DNA of 64,000 nt from Bacilli bacterium. Lineage in GTDB: Bacteria; Bacillota_I; Bacilli_A; ML615J-28; CAG-698. Position numbers and translations under genes: made by a program. The DNA lies in assembly GCA_017962745.1 (NCBI GenBank), contig JAGCUR010000016.1:18757-82756 (forward strand). Reading direction: 5' to 3'. Positions 1 to 8,057 of this stretch are shown here, piece after piece; within the stretch, counting starts at the first letter, position 1, and each line of letters begins with the position of its first letter. Under the pieces are notes generated by a model. That model saw nothing but the letters and a program-made list of their open reading frames with translations, did not search any database and had not been told where the DNA came from.

Positions 1-40
1 CATTGTTTAATTCCATGATTTCTATTTCTTTATTATCCAT
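1..40 (-). CDS. 5' end of a CDS truncated by the window edge (MDNKEIEIMELNN...)
   Basis: ATG at 40 preceded by an AAGGTG Shine-Dalgarno; frame stays open to the window edge. Confidence 0.55.
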   Translation of the reverse strand, partial: MDNKEIEIMELNN

Positions 41-172
41 TGTTATCACCTTTTTTGTGTTTTCTATACACTTAAATTATATCTTGAATTTGGATTATTC
101 TTAAGTTTAAAAAACACTTTTTTAAGGATTTAAAAATGTGTTTTTCCTTACTCTTTCCAAAGAAGACATAAA

Positions 173-211
173 AAAACTATTAGTGAAAAACTATACATCA
201 CTAATAGTTTT
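173..211 (-). terminator. Intrinsic terminator after the DUF368 gene
   Basis: 14-bp inverted repeat aaaactattagtga / tcactaatagtttt with a T-tract on the - strand. Confidence 0.75.
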
Positions 212-220
212 AATTAGTCA

Positions 221-1138
221 TTAATTGTTTTCTTCGCCTTCTACAGCTTTATTATTCTTTTCTAGAAGTTTTGGTAAAACATATACTAAGAATATCCCCA
301 CAAAGAACAATACTACTGCAATGATATAACCAAGTACTCCTGCTTCTTGAATCTTTGGAAGATAATCCGCATCGTTATAAATTAACCAGAAAATAGCAAA
401 TGGACTAGCAAATAAGATTCCTAAGATTGACATATAAACAGTAGTTGGCCATTTGGCTAATGCTTTCTTTAAAAATTTTGAAATAAGTACTAAACCAATT
501 ATGATACCTACGCCAAAGGCAAAGATACTAATTAGTGATATCCAGTAGCCATCAAAAGTAAATGTTATTAATCCTTTTACTAAATTAGTAATATGGGCCA
601 TTACATAAAAGAAATAACCAAAAATCATTAGAATTAAAGCGCCGCTTAGTCCAGGTACTACCATAGCAGCCGCACAAAGCGCACCTAAGAATAATAAAAT
701 TAGTGGAACATACCAAGCAAATGCTTCATTATCAATATTTTGGTTTAAGAAAGGTAGGATTACGATTAATGCGGCAAAGAAGATAAAGCAAATAATACTA
801 ACTACTGTAATTTTACCGCTTTGTTTAATTGCATTAATTACTCCAGGATAACTAGCAATTACTAATCCAGTAATAAAGAATGCTGTTTGCACCGGAAAAA
901 TACCGATTAATTTAGTAATTCCAAAGATACCAACCGCTGCCCCAATCACCATACCTAAAAGTAATGACCAGCAGTTTTTAAATGTTTCTTTAAAATTAGA
1001 AACTAAATCTGCAAACATCGTAACAAATCTATCATATACTCCCAAGATGACAGCCGCTGTTCCACCGCTAAATCCAGGGATTAAATTAGATATTCCTATT
1101 CCAAAGCCTTTAAAAAAATCGATAATCTTATTTTTCAT
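221..1138 (-). CDS. DUF368 family membrane protein (undecaprenyl-phosphate translocase family)
   Basis: Duplicated motifs NLIPGFSGGT and AMVVPGLSGA; many TM helices; start moved to ATG 1138 behind a GAGG SD. Confidence 0.85.
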   Translation of the reverse strand: MKNKIIDFFKGFGIGISNLIPGFSGGTAAVILGVYDRFVTMFADLVSNFKETFKNCWSLLLGMVIGAAVGIFGITKLIGIFPVQTAFFITGLVIASYPGVINAIKQSGKITVVSIICFIFFAALIVILPFLNQNIDNEAFAWYVPLILLFLGALCAAAMVVPGLSGALILMIFGYFFYVMAHITNLVKGLITFTFDGYWISLISIFAFGVGIIIGLVLISKFLKKALAKWPTTVYMSILGILFASPFAIFWLIYNDADYLPKIQEAGVLGYIIAVVLFFVGIFLVYVLPKLLEKNNKAVEGEENN

Positions 1139-1154
1139 AATGACCTCTTCTATT

Positions 1155-1190
1155 AAAAATATTATCAATCGGCCAATTGATAATATTTTT
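1155..1190 (-). terminator. Hairpin/terminator after the capD-like gene
   Basis: 15-bp perfect inverted repeat aaaaatattatcaat-cggcca-attgataatattttt. Confidence 0.7.
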
Positions 1191-1197
1191 TAACCAA

Positions 1198-3066
1198 TTA
1201 GTTCTTAGTATATTTATATGTTGGTACTAATTTTTGAACTAATTCTCTAATGTTATCTTTTTCATTTACAGCAGCATCTACTAATTCATTTAGTTCAGCC
1301 ATAAATGTTTCTTCATCGTATTCAATAGGTTTACCAATGTGAATAAGTTTATTATCAGTAGTCTTTAAGCCTTCTTCATCCATTAGTAATTCTTCATATA
1401 ATTTTTCACCAGGTCTTAAACCAGTAATTTCAATCTTGATATCCACATTAGGTGTAAAACCAGATAATCTAATTAGATTTACTGCTAAATCATAAATCTT
1501 GACTGGTTTACCCATATCAAGGACAAATATTTCGCCACCTTTAGCATAATATCCAGCTTGTAAAACTAGGCTTACAGCTTCCGGGATTGTCATAAAGAAT
1601 CTAGTAATATCTTTATGAGTTACACAAACTGGTCCACCGCGTTTGATTTGTTCTTTAAACAAAGGAATTACTGATCCATTTGATCCAAGTACATTACCAA
1701 ATCTTACAGCTACAAATTCAGTGTTACCTGGAAGTTTATTGGCATGTTGAATAACCATTTCACAAATACGTTTACTAGCACCCATAATGTTAGTTGGGTT
1801 AACAGCTTTATCAGTAGAGATTTGTAAAAATCTCTTTACGCCATATTTAGCAGCACAATTTGTTAAAACGATAGCACCAATTACATTGTTCTTAATTGCT
1901 TCATTAGGGCTTGTTTCCATTAATGGAACATGTTTATGAGCAGCTGCATGGTAAACTAAGTCTGGTTTATATGTTTTAAATACGGCATCCATCTTGATTT
2001 CATCGCATACATTAGCGATTAATACAAGTAAATTTAAGCCCGCTACTTCGCGCTTTAATTCTTGTTCAATGGCATATGCATTGTTTTCATAGAAATCTAG
2101 GATTATTAGTTGTTTAGGTGAGCACTTAGCAATTTGACGGCATAGTTCAGATCCGATTGATCCGCCACCACCAGTAACTAATACTACTTTATCTTTTAAA
2201 TCAGCTTTAATTTGTTCATCTTTAACATCAATTGGATCTCTACCAAGTAAGTCTTCAACTTCTACGTCTCTAATTCCCTTTAGTAGACTAGCGTCTTTAA
2301 TTAATTGGTAAACACCAGGTAATGTTTGGATATGACATTTTGTATCTTGACAAATATGGATGATATCAGCAACATCTTGAGCTCTTACTGAAGGCATCGC
2401 AATGATGATACGATCAATATTGAATTTTTCAGCTGCTTCTACGATCTTTTCTCTACCGCCGTATACTTTTACATTATCAAGCATTCTTCCTTGCTTTTCT
2501 ACATTATCGTCGATTAAGCAAACAGGTTCCATATTTAAGCTGTTTTCGTTTCTAATTTCTTTGATCAAAGCGATTCCGGCATCTCCGGCACCAATAATCA
2601 TTACTCTAACAGCTTTAGCTTTGTCTTCCGCAAATCTATTTTGGTAGTCGCCTTTGATATGGCGAATTCCTCGATAGCCAAATCTTATAGCAAATGCAAA
2701 TAACATTTGTAAGAAGAAAAATACATAACACCATCTAAACATTAAGAATTGGAAATTATCCACAACATTGTTAGCAATAGCCATTACACTAATGTTAATA
2801 ACAAGTGTAACAAGTGATGAAACTACAATTCTTATTGCTTCATTAATACCTGCATAACGCCATAAACTTGCATATAGTCTAAAAGCAACATTAGCAAGAA
2901 TTGCTATTGCAGGAATGATAAATGAATAAATAAATGCATGATGGTAATCTGGATCATTACCACCTACGATAAATTCAGCTAAATATACACTCGCCATCAA
3001 TGTAACAATATCATATGCAACTAAGATTGCATATTTGAATTGATGGGTCTTAAATAACTTTTTCAT
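1198..3066 (-). CDS. CapD/PglF-type nucleoside-diphosphate-sugar 4,6-dehydratase (polysaccharide biosynthesis protein)
   Basis: 4 N-terminal TM helices, IIGAG CoA-binding-like domain, TGGGGSIGSE, HAAAHKHVP, STDKAV, VRFGNVLGSNGS, GLRPGEKLYEEL. Confidence 0.93.
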   Translation of the reverse strand: MKKLFKTHQFKYAILVAYDIVTLMASVYLAEFIVGGNDPDYHHAFIYSFIIPAIAILANVAFRLYASLWRYAGINEAIRIVVSSLVTLVINISVMAIANNVVDNFQFLMFRWCYVFFFLQMLFAFAIRFGYRGIRHIKGDYQNRFAEDKAKAVRVMIIGAGDAGIALIKEIRNENSLNMEPVCLIDDNVEKQGRMLDNVKVYGGREKIVEAAEKFNIDRIIIAMPSVRAQDVADIIHICQDTKCHIQTLPGVYQLIKDASLLKGIRDVEVEDLLGRDPIDVKDEQIKADLKDKVVLVTGGGGSIGSELCRQIAKCSPKQLIILDFYENNAYAIEQELKREVAGLNLLVLIANVCDEIKMDAVFKTYKPDLVYHAAAHKHVPLMETSPNEAIKNNVIGAIVLTNCAAKYGVKRFLQISTDKAVNPTNIMGASKRICEMVIQHANKLPGNTEFVAVRFGNVLGSNGSVIPLFKEQIKRGGPVCVTHKDITRFFMTIPEAVSLVLQAGYYAKGGEIFVLDMGKPVKIYDLAVNLIRLSGFTPNVDIKIEITGLRPGEKLYEELLMDEEGLKTTDNKLIHIGKPIEYDEETFMAELNELVDAAVNEKDNIRELVQKLVPTYKYTKN

Positions 3067-3095
3067 TTAGATAAGCCTCTCTTATGTCTCAACCC

Positions 3096-3124
3096 ATTAT
3101 ACAAAACAAAACCTAATAAATCAA
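3096..3124 (-). promoter_or_regulatory. sigma70-type promoter of the capD-like gene
   Basis: TTGATT-17 nt-TATAAT on the - strand. Confidence 0.65.
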
Positions 3125-3128
3125 GATA

Positions 3129-3151
3129 AAAACTCCCTTCAAGGGAGTTTT
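3129..3151 (-). terminator. Intrinsic terminator after the glmU-like gene
   Basis: aaaactccctt / aagggagtttt inverted repeat right after the stop codon. Confidence 0.75.
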
Positions 3152-3153
3152 CA

Positions 3154-3879
3154 TTATTTTCTATTTAGGTATTCTTCTTCAGCTTGATGTAATGTATCTA
3201 AATCATTTATACCTACAAATTTTTCATAACAAGCAAAAGGCAACGAATTTACTTTATGATTCTTTCCTATAATTTCTACGATATCAGTAAAGTAATATTC
3301 ACCGCTAACGCTACTAGTTTTAACTTGATGTAATGCTTCATACATAAGTTTCATATCAACGCAGTATAATCCACTATTAACTTCATTAATCTTGCGTTGT
3401 TCTTCAGTAGCATCTTTGTGTTCAATAATGCGTTTGAATACACCATTTTCTTTATAGATTCTACCATATCCAGTAGGATCGGGTTGAATTGATGATACAA
3501 CAGTTAAAGATACATTTGAAGCTAAATAATTATTAATTGTTTCATTAATAATTTCGCTATCTACTCTTGGCATATCACCAGGAAGTACGACACATAAAGC
3601 ATCTTTATCATCTACTAGTCCTTCTGTACAAAGTACAGCATGACCAGTACCTAGTTGTTGATCCTGAACTGCATATTTTACAGAATCGCCAAGAATATCA
3701 TAAATGTATTCTTTTTTATAACCAACTATTACGATAATATCATCAAAGTTGCATTTTCTACATTCTTCAACGATTCGTAAAACCATTGGTTTGCCCGCAA
3801 ACAAATGAGCACATTTTGGTTCTTCACTTTTCATTCTTGTGCCTTTTCCGGCTGCAAGAATAATAGCATATTTTTTCAT
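3154..3879 (-). CDS. GlmU-like sugar-phosphate nucleotidyltransferase (N-terminal uridyltransferase domain only)
   Basis: ILAAGKGTRMKS, QLGTGHAV, PTGYGRI, IIEHKDAT, EVNSGLY, GEYYFTD, GIND; ends at 241 aa with no hexapeptide acetyltransferase domain. Confidence 0.88.
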   Translation of the reverse strand: MKKYAIILAAGKGTRMKSEEPKCAHLFAGKPMVLRIVEECRKCNFDDIIVIVGYKKEYIYDILGDSVKYAVQDQQLGTGHAVLCTEGLVDDKDALCVVLPGDMPRVDSEIINETINNYLASNVSLTVVSSIQPDPTGYGRIYKENGVFKRIIEHKDATEEQRKINEVNSGLYCVDMKLMYEALHQVKTSSVSGEYYFTDIVEIIGKNHKVNSLPFACYEKFVGINDLDTLHQAEEEYLNRK

Positions 3880-3893
3880 CTTGTCTTCTTTCT

Positions 3894-5033
3894 TTATTCG
3901 CCTTCTAAAGTGTATTCAGGTCCAAAGTCAAGTTCATCTAGAATGTTACGAATAATTTTATTAATTGCTTGTTCGTTCTTTTCTAATTCTTTAACAAATT
4001 GTAATTGGCATCTAGCTCTATCTAAATTGTGCTTTGGACGAGCAATCTTGAAATATTCATCGCCATTAATATAGTCGTTTAAGAAACGCATAGCGATTTC
4101 TAGAGCGATTATTTGACAAGATTTATATAAGCCTCTTACTTCTTCTGGAACAATTAAGTTCTTTACTTCTTTTAGAAATGCTCTTGTGAATGCTTCAAAG
4201 AAGTCTAGACGAACATGAACTTTTGATAAATCAACTTCATCTTCATCAGCTGTACAAGCACCAATTCTAATTGCATCTCCAAAATCAAATAATAATGATC
4301 CTCTCATTACTGTATCTAAGTCGATTAAGCAAATTGCTTTACCAGTTTTATCGTCAATTAAGACATTACTTGGCTTAGTGTCATTATGAGCAACACGTCT
4401 TGGAATTGATTTATCATCAATTCGAAGCATAATCCAATTCATAATAGATACTCGATCACGAATTGCTCTAATTTCTTTTTTACATTCTTCTACTCTTTCA
4501 ACACGGTCAATCTTAATATCATCTAAAAAATGACGATAACGATATGGAGTATCGTGGAAATGAATAATTGTTTCATCTAATACACGAGTATGGAATCCGG
4601 CAAGCATACATTGGAATTCACCAATTGCTCTACCAATTTCTGCAAACATTTCGGGTGTATCTACATTTTGATAAGCAGTTGCGCCATCAATATATTGTAG
4701 ACAACGCCAATAATTATCATTTCTAATTACGATATCTTGATCATATCTTGATTTAACAACATTTAATACGGCACGATTAGGATCTTTTCCTTCATATATT
4801 ACTTTCTTACGAATAAATTCAGTAACTTGAGTAATATTATGCATAACGCCAAAAGGACTTGGGAATACGAAATTGTTTATTCTTTGAAGAATATACAATG
4901 CCTCTGGCATTGTGATAAGATATGTGGAATTAATATGGCCGCCATTTAATTCACGAATTTCAACGATTTTATCGACATTGACGAATTCCGCAGCGACTTT
5001 TCTTAATTCGGCTAATCTTTCACCATCAATCAT
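3894..5033 (-). CDS. APH-superfamily phosphotransferase, N-acetylhexosamine 1-kinase (NahK/LnpB)-like
   Basis: GGHINSTY, YILQRIN, ETIIHFHDTP, HNDTKPSN, IDLDTVM, DFGDAIR, RFLNDYINGDEYFK..HNLDRAR motifs. Confidence 0.8.
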   Translation of the reverse strand: MIDGERLAELRKVAAEFVNVDKIVEIRELNGGHINSTYLITMPEALYILQRINNFVFPSPFGVMHNITQVTEFIRKKVIYEGKDPNRAVLNVVKSRYDQDIVIRNDNYWRCLQYIDGATAYQNVDTPEMFAEIGRAIGEFQCMLAGFHTRVLDETIIHFHDTPYRYRHFLDDIKIDRVERVEECKKEIRAIRDRVSIMNWIMLRIDDKSIPRRVAHNDTKPSNVLIDDKTGKAICLIDLDTVMRGSLLFDFGDAIRIGACTADEDEVDLSKVHVRLDFFEAFTRAFLKEVKNLIVPEEVRGLYKSCQIIALEIAMRFLNDYINGDEYFKIARPKHNLDRARCQLQFVKELEKNEQAINKIIRNILDELDFGPEYTLEGE

Positions 5034-5059
5034 TTGAAAATTCTCTCCTTAGTAAATAT

Positions 5060-5581
5060 TTATTCTTTTGCTTTTAGTAAATCTCTAATCTCAGAAAGTA
5101 ATTTAATGTCTTCAGGAATAACAGGTTCTGCAGGTGCAGGAGCTGGTTCTTCTTCAGCAGGAGCTTCTTCAGCTTTCTTAGCTTCTAAAGCAGCTTTTGC
5201 TTTTTCAGCTTTAGCTTTAGCAGAATTGATAACTTTAATGATAATAAATAATACTAATGCTGTTGCTAAGAATGTAATAATAGCACTAATAACTTCACTC
5301 CATAAAATAGCAACTTCTGCTTGAGCAGCAACAAGGATTTCGCCTTCAGCATTTACAACTTCTGCTACAGCTGGTTTTAAAACCGTTTTGAAAGTTCCTG
5401 ATTCACCAAGTGGAATTAATGAAATAAGTGGTTTTAATACATAATTAACTACGGCAGTGATGATTGCTGTAAAAGCAGCACCAATAATCATACCAACAGC
5501 TAAGTCTAAAACACTTCCACGACTAATAAATTCTTTAAATTCTTTAATTAAACCTTTTTTTTCTGGATTTTTCTTACTCAT
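5060..5581 (-). CDS. mscL: Large-conductance mechanosensitive channel MscL
   Basis: EFKEFISRGSVLDLAVGMIIGAAFTAI and C-terminal LLSEIRDLLK; start at ATG 5581 behind AAAGGAG. Confidence 0.93.
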   Translation of the reverse strand: MSKKNPEKKGLIKEFKEFISRGSVLDLAVGMIIGAAFTAIITAVVNYVLKPLISLIPLGESGTFKTVLKPAVAEVVNAEGEILVAAQAEVAILWSEVISAIITFLATALVLFIIIKVINSAKAKAEKAKAALEAKKAEEAPAEEEPAPAPAEPVIPEDIKLLSEIRDLLKAKE

Positions 5582-5685
5582 ATGCGTGTCTCCTTTACAC
5601 AAATACATTTTAACACATTATTTAAAAAAAGTATAGAAATTAAAAAGTATTAACTACTTTTTATAGCTAATACTTTATTTTTTTC

Positions 5686-6528
5686 TTATTTTCTTACCTC
5701 TACAACCCCATTACATTCCATAACTGGGTGCTCTTTTATAATTTCCCCAACGCTATCAACTACAATTTTACCTGATCTTGGATTTTTAATTGAATCAACA
5801 TGACCAATAATAGTAGCATCAACATCGCTATACTCAAATGCTAAGTCACAATCTTCCATTGTACAATTGATAAGCTTTAAGTTTTTAGCATAACATAAAG
5901 GTTGTGTTCCAATAATTCTACAATTAACTAATGTTAATCCATCAGAAAACCAACCTAAATATTCTCCTTTAACTACGGAATTAGAAACTAATACATTTTT
6001 ACTATGCCAAAAAGCATCTTTGGTATCTAATATTGAATTTCTTATTTCCACATTCTCCGTATATTGATATGTATATTTACCTGATTGGTGAATATTAGCA
6101 CATTTTATATTTTTAGAATTTAAAAATAAATATTCACTATTTATTTTAGTATCGACTAAAGTGATTCCATCACATAGCCAACCAAATTCTTTTGAATCAA
6201 TGTCGCATTTTTCAATATATGTATTAGTTGATTCTCTTAAACACTTAACACCGGTAATTTTAGTATTGATAATTTTCCCATCGCTTGCATACCAAATCGG
6301 TGCTCTACAACCATCATTTAGAAATGAATCAATAATTGAATACTTCTTAACATGCCAAAGAGGATATCTAAGATCAAAATTTGTATTTTTAACGATAATA
6401 TCTCTCGCTTCTTTTAAAGCAGATTCACCATCTTCAATGCCGGCGAAACGGCATCCATCGATTAACCCATCAGTTAAATTGTATAATGCTCTTTCTTCCC
6501 CAAACGTTAAATTTTTAATCTCTTTCAT
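5686..6528 (-). CDS. DUF3737 family protein (predicted beta-helix)
   Basis: GEERALY, DGESALKE, RYPLWH, TKDAFW, GEYLGW, GTQPLCY, DLAFEYS motifs; 280 aa. Confidence 0.85.
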   Translation of the reverse strand: MKEIKNLTFGEERALYNLTDGLIDGCRFAGIEDGESALKEARDIIVKNTNFDLRYPLWHVKKYSIIDSFLNDGCRAPIWYASDGKIINTKITGVKCLRESTNTYIEKCDIDSKEFGWLCDGITLVDTKINSEYLFLNSKNIKCANIHQSGKYTYQYTENVEIRNSILDTKDAFWHSKNVLVSNSVVKGEYLGWFSDGLTLVNCRIIGTQPLCYAKNLKLINCTMEDCDLAFEYSDVDATIIGHVDSIKNPRSGKIVVDSVGEIIKEHPVMECNGVVEVRK

Positions 6529-6632
6529 TTTTTATACCTCTATTGCATTTTACCATATATCATATTTTTTTCAACTCTTCTGCTTTTTTGGATAATTATA
6601 AGCCTCAATTTGCCACAATTTTAAAAAAACAC

Positions 6633-6661
6633 TTGCATAAAAAGCGCTAGTTTGTTATAAT
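6633..6661 (+). promoter_or_regulatory. sigma70-type promoter of tRNA-Gly
   Basis: TTGCAT-17 nt-TATAAT, 15 nt upstream of the tRNA. Confidence 0.75.
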
Positions 6662-6676
6662 GTTAAAGTAAGTTGT

Positions 6677-6751
6677 GCAGGTATAGTACAACGGCTAATA
6701 TGCGGCCTTGCCATGGCTGAGATGCGAGTTCGATTCTCGTTACCTGCTCCA
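6677..6751 (+). tRNA. tRNA-Gly (anticodon GCC)
   Basis: Acceptor stem GCAGGTA/TACCTGC, anticodon arm CGGCC-TTGCCAT-GGCTG, GTTCGATT T-loop, U73 discriminator and encoded CCA. Confidence 0.96.
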
Positions 6752-6761
6752 TTGAAATTTC

Positions 6762-6788
6762 GACTTTGATTTATCAAAGTCTTTTTTT
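6762..6788 (+). terminator. Intrinsic terminator after tRNA-Gly
   Basis: gactttgat / atcaaagtc hairpin followed by T7. Confidence 0.8.
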
Positions 6789-6844
6789 ATTTATATTATG
6801 ATATTTTAAATCGTTATGTTATAATCTACATATAAGGAATTAGC

Positions 6845-7939
6845 GTGCATATGAAAAAAATACTAACTACTCTTAAAAATTATTTATGCTATTGCGGAAT
6901 TGATAAAGATGAATACAATTCATTAAAAAAAGAGGCATATGTTACTAACTTTCAAGTATGGAAAGTATTGCACATTTTAATGGTATTAGCATTTGGTGGA
7001 TTATTTATTAATTCACTATTCGTTGATTCATTAAAAGCTAATACGATCTTCTACTTAATCGCCTTTATTTATTCAATAGTATCAGCTGTTCTATTCTTAT
7101 TTATTTTAAAGAAAGATTCCCTGATCGCTCAATTCTATATTTATTTATCAATTGTAGTACTATTTGTTGAAGGAGCATTAGTTGCTACACACCGACCAGA
7201 TGATTTAGCAGTAACATTTATGGTGCTTTTGATTATAACGCCAATGTTTATGATCGATAAACCATTCTTTATGTCCTTTGTACTCGTAATTGCTTCTACT
7301 ATTTTCTTAATTTGGATGTATAAAATTAAATCATATGATAAATGGATTGGCGATTTAGTTAATGCTATTACATTTACTTTTGTTGGAATATTCCTTCATA
7401 TCATCACAAATTCAATTCGTATTAGAGAATTTGTATATATGAAACAAATCAATATCCAAAAAGATTTAGATGACTTAACAGGATTAATGAATAAAGGAGC
7501 AATTATTCGTAATATAAATGCCTTTCTTGCTACTTCTGTTAACAAAGGTATCTTGTTTATGTGCGATGTAGATAAATTCAAATCAATCAACGATACATTT
7601 GGGCATGATGTTGGTGATGATGTATTAAAGCAAGTTGGTGAATACTTAAGCAATAAATTTAGTAAGACACACATTATCGGCCGCTTTGGTGGCGATGAAT
7701 TTATCGTATTTTTGGAAGGTGAAGATGATTTAGCAGTAGCTAGTAACCTTGCGCGTGAGATTAATGCTGATATAGAAAAATATATTAAAACTCCCGATAG
7801 TAATTTCCATGTCAATATGACGATTGGTATTGCCATTTATCGTGGAGAAGAAAAATACTATTCCGAAATCTTTAAAAAAGCTGATATTGCTCTATATGAT
7901 GCAAAAAATACTGCGAAAAGTGGATTTATAATTAATTAA
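6845..7939 (+). CDS. Membrane-bound diguanylate cyclase (GGDEF)
   Basis: About 6 TM helices, then DDLTGLMN, DVDKFKSINDTFGHDVGD, GRFGGDEF, ADIALYDAK; start GTG 6845 or ATG 6851. Confidence 0.92.
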   Translation: MHMKKILTTLKNYLCYCGIDKDEYNSLKKEAYVTNFQVWKVLHILMVLAFGGLFINSLFVDSLKANTIFYLIAFIYSIVSAVLFLFILKKDSLIAQFYIYLSIVVLFVEGALVATHRPDDLAVTFMVLLIITPMFMIDKPFFMSFVLVIASTIFLIWMYKIKSYDKWIGDLVNAITFTFVGIFLHIITNSIRIREFVYMKQINIQKDLDDLTGLMNKGAIIRNINAFLATSVNKGILFMCDVDKFKSINDTFGHDVGDDVLKQVGEYLSNKFSKTHIIGRFGGDEFIVFLEGEDDLAVASNLAREINADIEKYIKTPDSNFHVNMTIGIAIYRGEEKYYSEIFKKADIALYDAKNTAKSGFIIN

Positions 7940-7963
7940 AGCAAGACAAAGTCTTGCTTTTTT
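7938..7963 (+). terminator. Intrinsic terminator after the GGDEF gene
   Basis: aaagcaagac-aaa-gtcttgcttt followed by T-tract. Confidence 0.8.
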
Positions 7964-7988
7964 CTTAATTAATTCTTAAGAAAAAAAA

Positions 7989-8033
7989 GTAAAGCGCTTA
8001 ACAATTGACTAGATTTTTTATTCATTCTATAAT
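7989..8033 (+). promoter_or_regulatory. Promoter of the fused ABC gene with an adjacent LacI/cre-like palindrome
   Basis: TTGACT(8005)-17 nt-TATAAT(8028); GTAAAGCGCTTAAC near-palindrome at 7989-8002. Confidence 0.65.
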
Positions 8034-8057
8034 TTACAATGTATAGGAGCTTATATT

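Noticed and set aside
3894-5033. Aminoglycoside resistance gene
   Set aside because: APH fold only; the motifs and the adjacent nucleotidyltransferase fit a NahK-like sugar kinase.
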